DNA of 64,000 nucleotides from Bispira polyomma (Eukaryota): the NCBI GenBank assembly GCA_965649765.1, contig OZ287752.1:86676001-86740000 (forward strand). Direction: 5' to 3'. Numbering within the stretch: position 1 is the stretch's first letter; each line of letters starts with the position of its first letter. Under the pieces are notes generated by a model. It was not told the origin of the DNA, did no database searches, and was given only the letters and a program-made list of their open reading frames with translations. Below are positions 25,001 to 35,468 of the stretch, in pieces. The position numbers and the translations under genes are program-made.

Positions 25001-25145
25001 GTGGAACCCGAGGCCTAAGGTACCTATTCACCTAGCAGAGAAGAATTCAGTCCCTGTCCCCTTATTCAACCCTGGCCACTACAGTTGGGCTCAGAGGAGG
25101 GAACAAGGACTGAAAACGTCTCCACACAGCCGAGAGTTCAACCAC
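25001..25145 (-). ncRNA. Putative structured RNA motif, copy 1
   Basis: 17-bp helix UUCAGUCCUUGUUCCCU/AGGGGACAGGGACUGAA whose G-U pairs work only on the minus strand, plus flanking helices; covaries with copy 2. Confidence 0.65.
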
Positions 25146-25215
25146 CCGTTTGCCATTCTCTGAAATTTTTATTTACCTAATTTGTACTTAATCTTACTGG
25201 ACATGCAGGGAGTCC

Positions 25216-25355
25216 GTGGAGCCCGAGGCCTGTGGTACCTAATCACCTAGCAAAGAAAGAATGGTCAGATCGCCCTTACTCTACCCTGGCCACTATAGTT
25301 GGGCTCAGAGGAGAGCGAAAAGACTACCCGATCTTCACCCGGCCATGAGTTCAGT
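25216..25355 (-). ncRNA. Putative structured RNA motif, copy 2
   Basis: Same loop sequences as copy 1, with different but still pairing stems (GUGAAGA/UCUUUGC, UCGCUCU/AGGGCGA). Confidence 0.6.
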
Positions 25356-25420
25356 GTTCATCCTGGATTACCTAGTAAAATGTAACTTAAGTGGTGGAAT
25401 CTTAGGGGTTGGTGGTGGGA

Positions 25421-25641
25421 ATAAAATTTAGTTTTTTGTTGTTGACCCTTTGAATGCTTGGTCCAATATGGCACCCAAAAGTGGGGACATAATTTCTAAT
25501 GAAAGGTGGTCTAATTAGTGATTGGCTAATTGGGAAAAGTGTGGGAAGTATGTACTTGTTGACAAGAATAGTTTTTTAAAGGGGGTATTTACTAGGATGG
25601 GGAACTGATTTAGCAGGCCCCTAAAGTTGTCGTGCTCGACA
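25421..25641 (-). repeat. Split direct repeat A2
   Basis: Near-identical to 30960-31180. Confidence 0.95.
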
Positions 25642-25829
25642 CAGTTCCCTATGTGTAGTCAAAGTAAGTTGTTGATATCCAAGTGTCTATGGTTAGTGAT
25701 ATAAGACAATGAAAATATACTGTTTTGGGGTTTATTTTCCTGTACAAGTTAGTATGGCTATGTACAATATACAGTAATTAGTAAAAAATATATTTAAAAT
25801 TGAAGAGGTAGCTAAAATTTGAAATGAAC
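25642..25829 (-). repeat. Split direct repeat B1
   Basis: Near-identical to 24385-24572; starts just after the YR stop. Confidence 0.95.
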
Positions 25830-25840
25830 TCAAACCCAAG

Positions 25841-26817
25841 TTAGAAAGAGGAGGGGACAATGTTTGCAAAAGTGTGAGGAATCACAGAGGCAGCTTGTGA
25901 TGTAGATTGAAGATAAGTCCAAACTGCTGAGCTGTGCCAAAGCCCATGTGCCATAATATTTTGTAAAAAAATATTGTTATTGAATGCTAATGTTGCGCCT
26001 GACCTGCGAAAAGTGTGGAAACCATGGGTAGAATGGTCAATGCCAATGTGTTGAAGAATGATTTTTAAAGCTGCTCTAATGTGTGAGTCCACCACAGGAT
26101 AATAAGGGGGTGATGCTGAGGTAAACAAGGGGGTGGAAGGTGCCAGTCCCCTGTTACTGATCAGCTGAGTAAGTGCTGTTACTGGGCAAAGTAAGGGAAC
26201 CTTAATTGAGGGCAACTGAACCACATGTGAGTTGGATCTGTCCTGCATGTTCTTTGCCCACTTTATTATGAGGTGTACCCCAGGAGGGCCAAATACTACG
26301 TCATGAATAAGTAAATTTCTAGTGGGGTCAAATTTCCTTCTTGAGTGAGGGGCGATGTTGGACATACGCAAAAATCCATAAAATGCCACAGGAAAAATGG
26401 CCCTAAATAAATGGGGGTCTTGTAGGATTTCGCAAGCCTGTGATATTTTTAACACTTGTTTGATGTCAAATACCCCTTTTGAAGCTGGTCTAAAAGGGGA
26501 GTTGTGAACCAGACTATGTGTAAACAAAGAGATGGCATTGTGTTGAAACACTGCTGGGTTAATCTGATATTTAGCCGACATGAATTTTAATGCAGCGAGG
26601 TAGTTGTTAACTACTTTTGGAGACAAATTATTTTGAGTGAGATATTCTAGAAAGGCCAAGACTGAATGTACAGTTATGTCCTGAATGTGTGCATACTGTA
26701 GGAAAGAGAGGAAAGTCCTAAATTGGCTGGTGTAGGCTGATGTGGTTGCTGGCCTCAGTGCTGTGTTGATCTTGTTGATCGCAGCAGTGGTCAGTGAATC
26801 TGTAGCTGTTGTAGCAC
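25841..26817 (-). CDS. Tyrosine recombinase of YR-2, intact; no ATG at its 5' end, predicted exon 2 of a Gag-YR fusion
   Basis: Catalytic set R (GFLRMSN), K (WAKNMQ), HxxR (HTFRR), H (HGLW), Y (VWTY). The frame is open upstream of the ORF-track start as GATTATDSLTTAAINKINTALRPATTSAYTSQFRTFLSF. Confidence 0.93.
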
Positions 26818-26823
26818 CTACAA

Positions 26824-29627
26824 TTAAATATTATAATCTAGGTTAAAGTGTGTTATGGGAATCTCCTTGCATGTACAATGACTTAGTTTTACTAACATTT
26901 CCTGTTTAGGGGGATTATCTGAATATATGCACGAAAGTGCGTCTGCCCATATATTCGTCTGCCCAGTTATGTCGTGTAAAGAAGATATCAGCCAAATATT
27001 ACAGATGCATGCTGCCAAAAAGGGGTCCCTAGTTTTGCCGGTCTGGACGACCAAGACTACGGCCATATTATCACAGTGAAAGGTAACTTTCTGGTGAGCC
27101 CAGTCCTCACCCCAGATCCTTAATGCAATAACTATGTTAATCATTTCTAGTTATGTTATATGTAATTTTTGCCATATGCCACCTAGTCATGTTAAGCAGG
27201 CATCCAGGTGTAACTCAGTAGCATCACTGATGATCGAGGGGACAATATAAGCGACTCCATTATATTTAAATAGGAAGGCAACAAACCAATCTAAATCTTT
27301 CTTGATGTTATCTGTAAGTTTAAATCTCTTTAGCGTTAGGAGAAGCCCTAAATACCGAAAGTAACCTATTGATGAAGCATCTGGCCGGTTTCACACATTT
27401 GTGAATATATAGCAATTTCCCAAGTATGGACTGAAATTTTGAACGTGATAACCATGATTTTGTACGTGCTTCCACACATGCGTCATAAATTTCTTTAATT
27501 TTTTCGGGGGTTATACTAAAAGTGCCCTCGTCAATGTTAATGTCGATACCTAAGAATGTAATCTGTGTAGAGGGGGGTGCAATTTTTTCTGGGTTCATTG
27601 GGAGACCAAGGTTTTTAAGTAATGTACAAAAGATGTCAAAACCTCGTTGCGCATCCAATTTTTGACAGACACAAATATAATCGTCAATGTAGCATGAAAG
27701 GTCAAATCCTTGCTTTCTCATGTGGTCTGCGATAATGTCCGAGCAGTGCTGAAATACGGCACTGCCGTGCGCCCACCCAAATGCGACTGCAGCATCAACG
27801 TAGTACTTATTGTCGTGACAAATACCAAGTTTAAGAGCATCGACAAGGTCTACTCTCAAATTACGAAAAGCTCTAGCTATATCGACCTTGAACATTACTG
27901 GGTCAGAAAATTTTAAAATGTTAGAAGTGACAGTATCTGTGTTAGGAAACTTAAGGAGAAATTTTGTGTTATCATAGGTATCTCTGCTAACGTGATCATT
28001 TACTGAATCACCCAATGGGTGAGAGAGATTTAGTATAACTCTACGTTTGTCACGGTCTTTCGGTCTGGTTAATAGGGGGGAACAGTGGTAATGTGGATCC
28101 GGAAGTATGTCCACTGGACCTAACATGGCCCCTTTAGACTTCTCTTTGTCTAGATATTGAACAATCGCATTTGAGTATTCAAGAGCAGAGTGATGATTAG
28201 TCACCTGTTTAACCTGTAATTGGTCTGCGTTCTCTAGGGACAATGGAAAACCGAATTTAAGGTATTGGATTACGATTTTGTCTGGGTGAACCTGCGTTAT
28301 GTTTTCCCATGCCGTGATGTTTAACTGGGATTTGACAGGGATTTGGAAGTCCTGTGTCCCTTATGATATTTGCAGCGAGTGTAATGTCCTTCATATTTTC
28401 TAGCAGAACCGAATCTCTGTCTGGCCCTACAAATTGAAATGGAGTGCTAGTAAGCTTAATGAAGCCTGTGTTCTTATCAGGGTTATCAATGTCCTTAGAA
28501 GGTAAAGTTTTTGAAGAAGAATTAACTTCCAAGTCCGGGCCCACCAGCCCATCCAGGTCGTTAATGAGCGGAGCAGAAGTACAACTCACCTTGTGCATTT
28601 TATCCCATTTATTTATGGGTTTCTGAACTTTATTACTATTAACATGTATATCATCATTTTCAATTATCTTATCTATGATATCACACATAAATTGAGAATA
28701 AGCACAACCAAGTGTTTTATGACATGCCAGGTCTTTGTTGTAGTTGTCATGAGCATTTGCTGCCCCTATTATTTCTTTGTCATTAAACTTATAGACCCTG
28801 TTCCATTTATGACCATTCATAATAATTCCTTGTCTTTTTTTAGTCACCCTCAGTTGGAAACCTGGTAACTCGTCTAGACCTGTATAAATAAAATTACTGT
28901 CTGCATTGTCCCACTCCCTAACACAAAAACCTGACATGTCACGACAATTTGGAAATTCTAAGTATACCAATGCTTTAGCCCTGGTGTTAATATCATGATA
29001 ATCATAGAATTCATAGTTCATTATCGAAACTATGCATTTAGTCTTAATTGTGCCTCCATACACGAACACATACTATTTGTCACCTTGATTGATATCTGGT
29101 CTCTGAACATAACAATACCTGTGTCTATAATTAGGCCCATCTATATCAATTGAAAAATTATTGTTACCATTATTATGGTGACCCAGTTGGGTAATCTCAG
29201 ATTTTTGAGGTCTTTCCAAAATATGATCTTTAGTAAGCCCATTCTCATGGTGGCCATTGTGTCTAATATTTTGATTCCCCATCTCATAGAAATTTCCCTC
29301 TCTTGGGCAATTATCTGCATGATGTTTCATCATGTCTGATTCCCCACTACCAGACCTGTCACAGCCTTGTTCAGAGACACCAGAATCAAGAGTTTTGACA
29401 TTACCAATCGAATGTATATTTTTAGCTTTTACATTATAGTCTTTCACACTATGGCACCCCTGAGGGTCCCTATGTGATTTTTTCAAATTATTTGACCATT
29501 GACTTTCCACATTACAATTATCATTATACACAACATTATTATAACTAGTGACTGTGACTTTATCTCTAATACCCTTAAATGCTCTACTCTCTCTGTTAGT
29601 TCGTTCACTTGGTCGTCGACCAACTCC
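26824..29627 (-). pseudogene. pol of YR-2: long N-terminal extension, RT (27320-28243), RNase H (26824 to about 27250); disrupted
   Basis: CSPLLTRPK, FKVDIARAFRNL and CYIDDY (RT); FHCDNMAVV and NIWADALS (RNase H). In-frame TAG at 29073 and frame breaks or stops near 28250-28330, 27320 and 27150. Confidence 0.92.
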
Positions 29628-30887
29628 CTAGCTTGGTGTCTGCTTGTCTGAAGATCTTTTTGCAACATTCGCCTTGACACATTTAAATTCTGGGTGTGTG
29701 TTCTCCCTATTGGCTGAGCGAAAACAGTGATTACATATATGACGATACTGTCCGTGGTCGGATTCGTGGTTGCAAGTGCCATTGTTGTAAAATTTACATA
29801 CATTTTTGGAGTTCTGTGCTGCCTGTGGGGCTTGTGCGACATGGCTATTAATCATAGCCAACTGTGAGGTGTTCATGCGATTTAGAGCCCACTGGGTGGA
29901 GTTCGACCAATCCAACCGACTCTCCTCGACTTCTTGCATATACAATGCCCAACCTGACCTAACAGCAGGCCAGGGAAGAGAAGCTGAGTCTCTGAGCGTA
30001 TAAATCATTTGATACATCATATTCCTCATGGTAGTGACGTCTGAGACCTGCACTATATTAAACAATTGCCCTGCAGCCCACTGTGACAGTGTGAGGTCAT
30101 CGAAACTGGGTCATTTACGAACAGTGCCTCCGATCCAACCCTCGTTCGACCACCGGGATTTAGGGTCAGATGTAATAACATCTGTGGTATTGAAGCGGTC
30201 GGATTTTTGCCTAAGGGAAGTCTTACCTTGCGACAAGTTCGTCCTGAGCTGCACATCATAAGCCACCAGCCATTGGTTCACTGCCGCGTTGACTTCAGGT
30301 GAGGTTTTTAGGACATCCAGTCGAGGGATGATGCCATCTCGCTGATAGTCATGATGTTGTGCCGCCAGGGGGGCCCTATGTGGCAAAGCCTGAGTGGCGT
30401 GAATGTCTGCGTGCATCTGGGTAGTGTGGTGGTTACTCGGATGATAACCGTGTTGTTGTGCCACCAGTGGGGCCGTGGGTGGCATAGCCTGAGTTGCGTG
30501 GACGTCTGCGTGCGTCTGGGCGGTGTATTGGTTACCCGGTTGAATCAAGGGAAATCTGTCTGTAATGGGTGGCCGTAATTCTAACATGGTATTGTTAATG
30601 CCCTGCTGTGTAGGGGAGGTTAATGGGGTCGAGTTATATGCCTCTTTCAGTTCAACTTTGTTAAGCCTCCTATTGATTTCTGAATTTGCTGATTCAAGTC
30701 GTTTAAGTATAGACATAACATCTGAAATACCATTCTCACCCTTCGCTGACTCATCCGTCGCTGTGTCTGTGTTCCTTGAGATCCTAAGTTTCCTCACAAC
30801 TGGGTCTGTGCCTTTCTTTGTCCCACGTTTTGAAGTCATTTTTTTCTTAGATAATGGAACACTACCTGGTGCTTTCGTCTTCCCCAT
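29628..30887 (-). CDS. gag-like ORF1 of YR-2 (one in-frame TGA at 30111-30113, probably CGA>TGA)
   Basis: ORFs 30111..30887 and 29628..30065 are in the same frame (RK*PSFDDLTLSQWAAGQ). Coiled coil, a 33-aa tandem duplication (about 30345-30530) and C-terminal CKFYNNGTC...HICNHC...H...C zinc-finger-like motif. Confidence 0.85.
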
Positions 30888-30959
30888 AGTGTATATATAT
30901 TAAAAACAGATAAAATCACTTGTTGTAAGACACATAAAACCTTCAATATATTCCAGTAA

Positions 30960-31180
30960 ATAAAATTTCGTTTTTTGTTGTTGACCCTTTGAATGCTTGG
31001 TCCAATATGGCACCCAAAAGTGGGGACATAATTTCTAATGAAAGGTGGTCTAATTAGTGATTGGCCAATTGGCAAAAGTGTGGGAAGTATATACATGGGA
31101 ACAAGAATAGTTTTTTAAAAGGGGTATTTACTAGGATGGGGAACTGATTCAACAGGCCCCTAAAGTTGTCGTGCTCGACA
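30960..31180 (-). repeat. Split direct repeat A1 (5' terminus of YR-2)
   Basis: Near-identical to 25421-25641. Confidence 0.95.
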
Positions 31181-31713
31181 TATATTTCGTACTGGCTTGC
31201 TGGAACTTGCAAAATACGATTGTAATAAATTAAATTAAAAGAAAACAATTTTATACATTAGTCTAAATTAAACTTAAATTAAATAAATTTAAAAGCCAAG
31301 TGTAATTTACAAAAAAGCACAAAAAACATTAGAAGACATAAATTATTCAAGAGACTGTTTTTGTCTAATTTTAATCCATCAGAGTATCACAAAAAATGAA
31401 ATAAAAATATGGGTTAAAAAGATCGTGAAACTAATTTCTTATGGAGGATAAGGATTAAAGGTGACTGTATAAGACCATTCTGCATTGGGGGAAAATACCA
31501 GAATAGACTTACACTGTTAGTTATACTTTCAGATGAAATAAGTAAAGAGTTCTACAACAATTACCAGAAAATAGTCATTTTACAAAAAGAAAACAATGAA
31601 ATGGGTCACGACTGAAGTGTGGTCAACCACGATATTATTATTAGGAACTTTTTGTAATTTTTCTGGAATACTAACATTACATCACTTCATCAGATAGATG
31701 TAATTTTTAAAAT

Positions 31714-32130
31714 TTGCAGCCAGAATTGAGCAAACCAAACTCCTGTGTTGATAGTGTAAATTTTGTAAAATTACTTAGGCTTTTATTGAAAAAGCGTTTG
31801 CGCCCATTAATTTCTATATTTTTGTTAAATTTGTATACAAATCAATGTCTCGAGGTCAGGTGGAGATCAAGTATTTTAAAGAGTTTTAAAGTACATAATG
31901 GAGTCAAACAAGGTATTTTGCTTTCACCAGTTTCATTTAGTGTTGATATGGATGAACTTGTAGTTGGATACGTTCTGGCTTGGGTTGGCATATTGGTCTA
32001 ACTTGTACTGGGACTTTCTCTTATGCAGATGCAGATTATCAATCATGAAATGTTAAAGTTGTTTTGTATTTTTGGCAAGTACTATTATGTAACATGTAAT
32101 CCATCCAAGGGGAAGTCCATGGTATTTTTT
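31714..32130 (+). mobile_element. Old non-LTR retrotransposon RT fragment, ending at the Gypsy insertion
   Basis: DSVNFVKL...LLNLYTNQ...NGVKQGILLSPVSFSVDMDEL...SYAD; clade not assignable by eye. Confidence 0.75.
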
Positions 32131-32141
32131 GATAATAATAT

Positions 32142-33901
32142 TGTAACGGACGAGCAGTCTACTTATTTAAATGGTAGGAGCTAGTATATTTCTGCTGTCA
32201 CACGTTGTAGATATGACTATCTAAGTTCAGTTATCTCTTATGAAGGGATGTAGTCTCTCTCTAATCTCAATATAGACATATAGTGGTGCAGTCTATATAC
32301 TTCTGAAGTGATGTAGTGTCTCTCTAATCTCTATATAGACCTATTGTGGGGCAGTCTATATACTTATGAAGTGATGTAGTCTCTCTCTAATCTCTATATA
32401 GACCTATTGTGGTGCAATCTATATACTTATGAAGTAATGTTAATGTGTGTATTGTCTATTATTTTCTTTTCTTAAGATCTTAATTAGTTTTAGATAGGTG
32501 TTTAAATAAGGTTGCCCTTAAGTGACTTATTCAAATAAAAAAAAACAGTCAATTCAACAATGACCTTAAATAGTCCAGATTTATTTATATACAATAAGAT
32601 ATTTGGTAATATTTATAACTATAATGACTACACAGCTAGTTGTAGTTAAATTTCCCACTAACCAGTTATTTAAATATTAGTCAGTAATTTGGGTATAATT
32701 TTATATACATGAAGTAGATATTTACAGAATAAATAAATGTACTGACATCTATGAGTAAGACAGTCAATTTTGTACATCAGTTGTACTGTCGCATCTGTTT
32801 ATAACAGTTAAAAAAAATATCACACAAGTGATTCACTGTATTTTACTATAAAATACTACCAGAAGATAAATTTGTAGTAGGATGTCCAAATTTGGGAAAT
32901 GTTTACATGACCTTCACCATAAATTACCGCCAAATTAATATCTGTCAAAATGGGCCTAAAATAATATATGGAGTTATCAAAGTGGTCCCAAATATTAATA
33001 AACTATAAATAAAATTACTAACTGTCAATATCTGAAAGCTGATCTAATAACTTCTAAATGCTGAAGAGTTGTAAGAATAACTGTTCACACAGGGAGTTTC
33101 CAGACTGAAACCGCCAAATTCACAGAGCAGAGAGGTTATATAATGTATGCTGTAACCAAGGAGATCTGACATGCTCTGTGCTCAGTCACAGAGAACTGTA
33201 TTAATCAATACATTTCTAAGGCTAAACTAAATTTCTAGAACCAAGTATAAATGCCTAAGTAATCATTCTAATGATTAAATATACTAAATAACAATATTAT
33301 ATAACATTTATAAAGCAGTTTACCCTGTTTAATAGCCCTAAACTGTTAATATAAACTTCTACTAAACTTTGTTTTAGTCTCGTACTTCACTTCCTGTCTG
33401 GGAAGATATCAACAAGTAACTGTCAAACATGGCTGACAGCAGCCAAATTAATTCCATAAACTGGCTCAGAAACAACATAGAATCAATATTTATACAACAA
33501 AACCCCTAGAAACCACTTTACACAAGGTCAGTTATAGTTTATACTAGCTAGATTACATAATGTAAGTCCACAGTGAAAACAATATATTTCTCGTAACTTT
33601 AGTCTATTTACCGGTCCAAATTCTGGCTCACAGATCAACTGATAAGATAACAAGGCTATATATTCTGGCTTGTGCCTGAGTTCTAGCTCACCCAAAATCC
33701 CCCTAGCCCACTATTTACTGATCACAGATAAGTCCATTCTCAAATATGTGGTACTGTATAGTTAATTAATTATGCATAGAAAGTGAGCTTAGTTTGCCTA
33801 TAAAATATGCACTGAGTGGTAAATATATCACACAGCTTGATATCAGACAATCAATATATTCCACTCTAGCTGTATAAGACTTAATATCCAGATCCGCTAC
33901 A
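32142..33901 (-). repeat. 3' LTR
   Basis: TGTAACGGAC...TCCGCTACA; near-identical to 40480-42240 apart from scattered substitutions and a few short indels. Confidence 0.97.
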
Positions 33902-33915
33902 TTTCCCCCACCCTA
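33902..33915 (-). promoter_or_regulatory. Polypurine tract
   Basis: Minus strand AGGGTGGGGGAAA directly precedes the 3' LTR. Confidence 0.85.
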
Positions 33916-34263
33916 GATTGATACGTCCCGCTCAATCTTATATATACCAACAAAAATGGGTCAGCTGAGTATATGCCCTCTCAGGCCCCCAAAAATGTAA
34001 AACACACATTACTGTACATGTATAATGAAGAACGCAAATTCAACATGTAACTCCTTGTACCTGACAATATCTGAACACATATTATCTTCAATTCCTTTTC
34101 AAAACTTCTAGAGATTTAACCACTAAAAGTTAATTACCTATGACATGCATAAATACAAACCAATAAATAAATTAATATTAAGTTTAACTTGGTACCTACA
34201 ACAATAAAGAATGTTCATTTTTACAACAAATTTTACCACCCAGGAAGCAAAGTCTCTAGTTCA

Positions 34264-35388
34264 TCAGAAACCCCAGTCGCTGTCAGAGTCGTCAGAGTCG
34301 TCCAATTGTTCCTCATTTTTCCAACACTTCATGCAGTACACTGACTCAGAGATGATCTTTTTCCGGCAAGTCCCTTCCTTTAGAACTACAGTCTGGAATT
34401 CCACTACAGGTAATCCAATACCGTGAGGGCAGCACTCATCTCTTCCACTTTTCTTGGGAGCTGTCGTTTCTTTCGATGAAGTAGACGTGCTTTTAGATAG
34501 TTTACTGGCTCCCAGGTACTTAGGTGATCTAGGGAAGGCTTCGACAGAGCTCATTCCTGTTTGTGTCTCGGTTGTTACACTTCCTGGAATGTAGGCGACC
34601 TCAGGATCAATGTTTGTTGACAGGATAGTCTTTACCATCTTTGGGGTACTGTTAGCCAGGATCTTGTTGGTGGAGGTGCCAATCACTTGGCTCCTTCTCT
34701 GACTAATGCTTCGTTGTTGGTTCTGGTGTGGACTGCTGTCACATTTCTTCACACCAGAGCCTGGAGTTACACTTGCTGCTTCCAAGTATCGTGGTGAGGT
34801 AACTTTGGCTAAGTCTTGGCTTAAGATGGCGGCATCCGACCTTCCTGTAATGACTGCAGGACGACAAGCCGCTAGCTCTGGCAGATCAGCAGTGTTTGGT
34901 AAGGGGGAAGCCGCTAGGCTGTCCGAAATCGTCACTGAGCTCTCTACAGCTGTAACTGGCGTGATGGATGTTATTCGTGCTGCGAACTGCAGGAAATCCT
35001 CCTCCTTCCCGACATACTGGTCCAGGTTGGCCTTTACTGCTGGACTTAGGCCTAAAGAATCATTTAAGTCAAAAGTCTCTACTTGCTGGATGGTGTCAGG
35101 CTGGGATACGGTTGTTCTGATGGGGGTAGTTGATGCAGGAAGATTCACTTCTACCTCTCTGATCATATTTGGATTGGCGCGAACTATTTCTTTCATTGTG
35201 GGGTGATCTAGTCTAAGGTGACCCCTCATGTCGCATAAAATTTTCCTTTGTTTTGGGCAGAACGGGCATTGATACGTTACATCCTTCCTATCATGGACAT
35301 TTTTGAAGTGACGTTCCCAGTTACTCTTCCTACCAAAAGTTAAATTGCATTGGAAGCAATTGAAGGATCGAGGAGCCATCTGTAACAT
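34264..35388 (-). CDS. Extra ORF3 of the Gypsy element: two N-terminal C2H2 zinc fingers, S/T-rich linker, C-terminal Cys/His motif and acidic tail (374 aa)
   Basis: FNCFQCNLTFGRKSNWERHFKNVH and YQCPFCPKQRKILCDMRGHLRLDH; CCPHG...CMKC; DDSDDSDSDWGF. Uninterrupted, located between integrase and the PPT. Confidence 0.88.
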   Translation of the reverse strand: MLQMAPRSFNCFQCNLTFGRKSNWERHFKNVHDRKDVTYQCPFCPKQRKILCDMRGHLRLDHPTMKEIVRANPNMIREVEVNLPASTTPIRTTVSQPDTIQQVETFDLNDSLGLSPAVKANLDQYVGKEEDFLQFAARITSITPVTAVESSVTISDSLAASPLPNTADLPELAACRPAVITGRSDAAILSQDLAKVTSPRYLEAASVTPGSGVKKCDSSPHQNQQRSISQRRSQVIGTSTNKILANSTPKMVKTILSTNIDPEVAYIPGSVTTETQTGMSSVEAFPRSPKYLGASKLSKSTSTSSKETTAPKKSGRDECCPHGIGLPVVEFQTVVLKEGTCRKKIISESVYCMKCWKNEEQLDDSDDSDSDWGF

Positions 35389-35468
35389 GCAAACAACGAG
35401 TCATGTAATACAAGTAAAGACAGTGGTATTAATCTCATAAACACTTGCCACTATATCTTGACTAACCC

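Larger units (their letters stand above)
24385..31180 (-). mobile_element. Full-length tyrosine-recombinase retrotransposon with split direct repeats (Ngaro/PAT-type architecture), element YR-2
   Basis: A1 (30960-31180), gag, pol, YR, B1 (25642-25829), A2 (25421-25641), spacer, B2 (24385-24572). B1 and A2 abut exactly. No target-site duplication evident. Confidence 0.95.

Noticed and set aside
25001-25355. Hammerhead, HDV-like, twister ribozyme or SECIS assignment
   Set aside because: No CUGANGA/GAAA core, no consistent HDV nested pseudoknot in both copies, no twister core, and the helix above UGA is too short for a SECIS. Left unassigned.
25841-26659. Bacterial or phage integrase, or a Crypton
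   Set aside because: Embedded with gag, RT, RNase H and split direct repeats in a retrotransposon.
34706-35206. Plus-strand 166-aa ORF (and similar antisense ORFs at 30565-30903, 35655-35921, 3465-3788)
   Set aside because: Antisense shadows of real coding regions with no recognisable motifs.
34264-35388. env gene
   Set aside because: No signal peptide or transmembrane segment evident; has C2H2 fingers instead.
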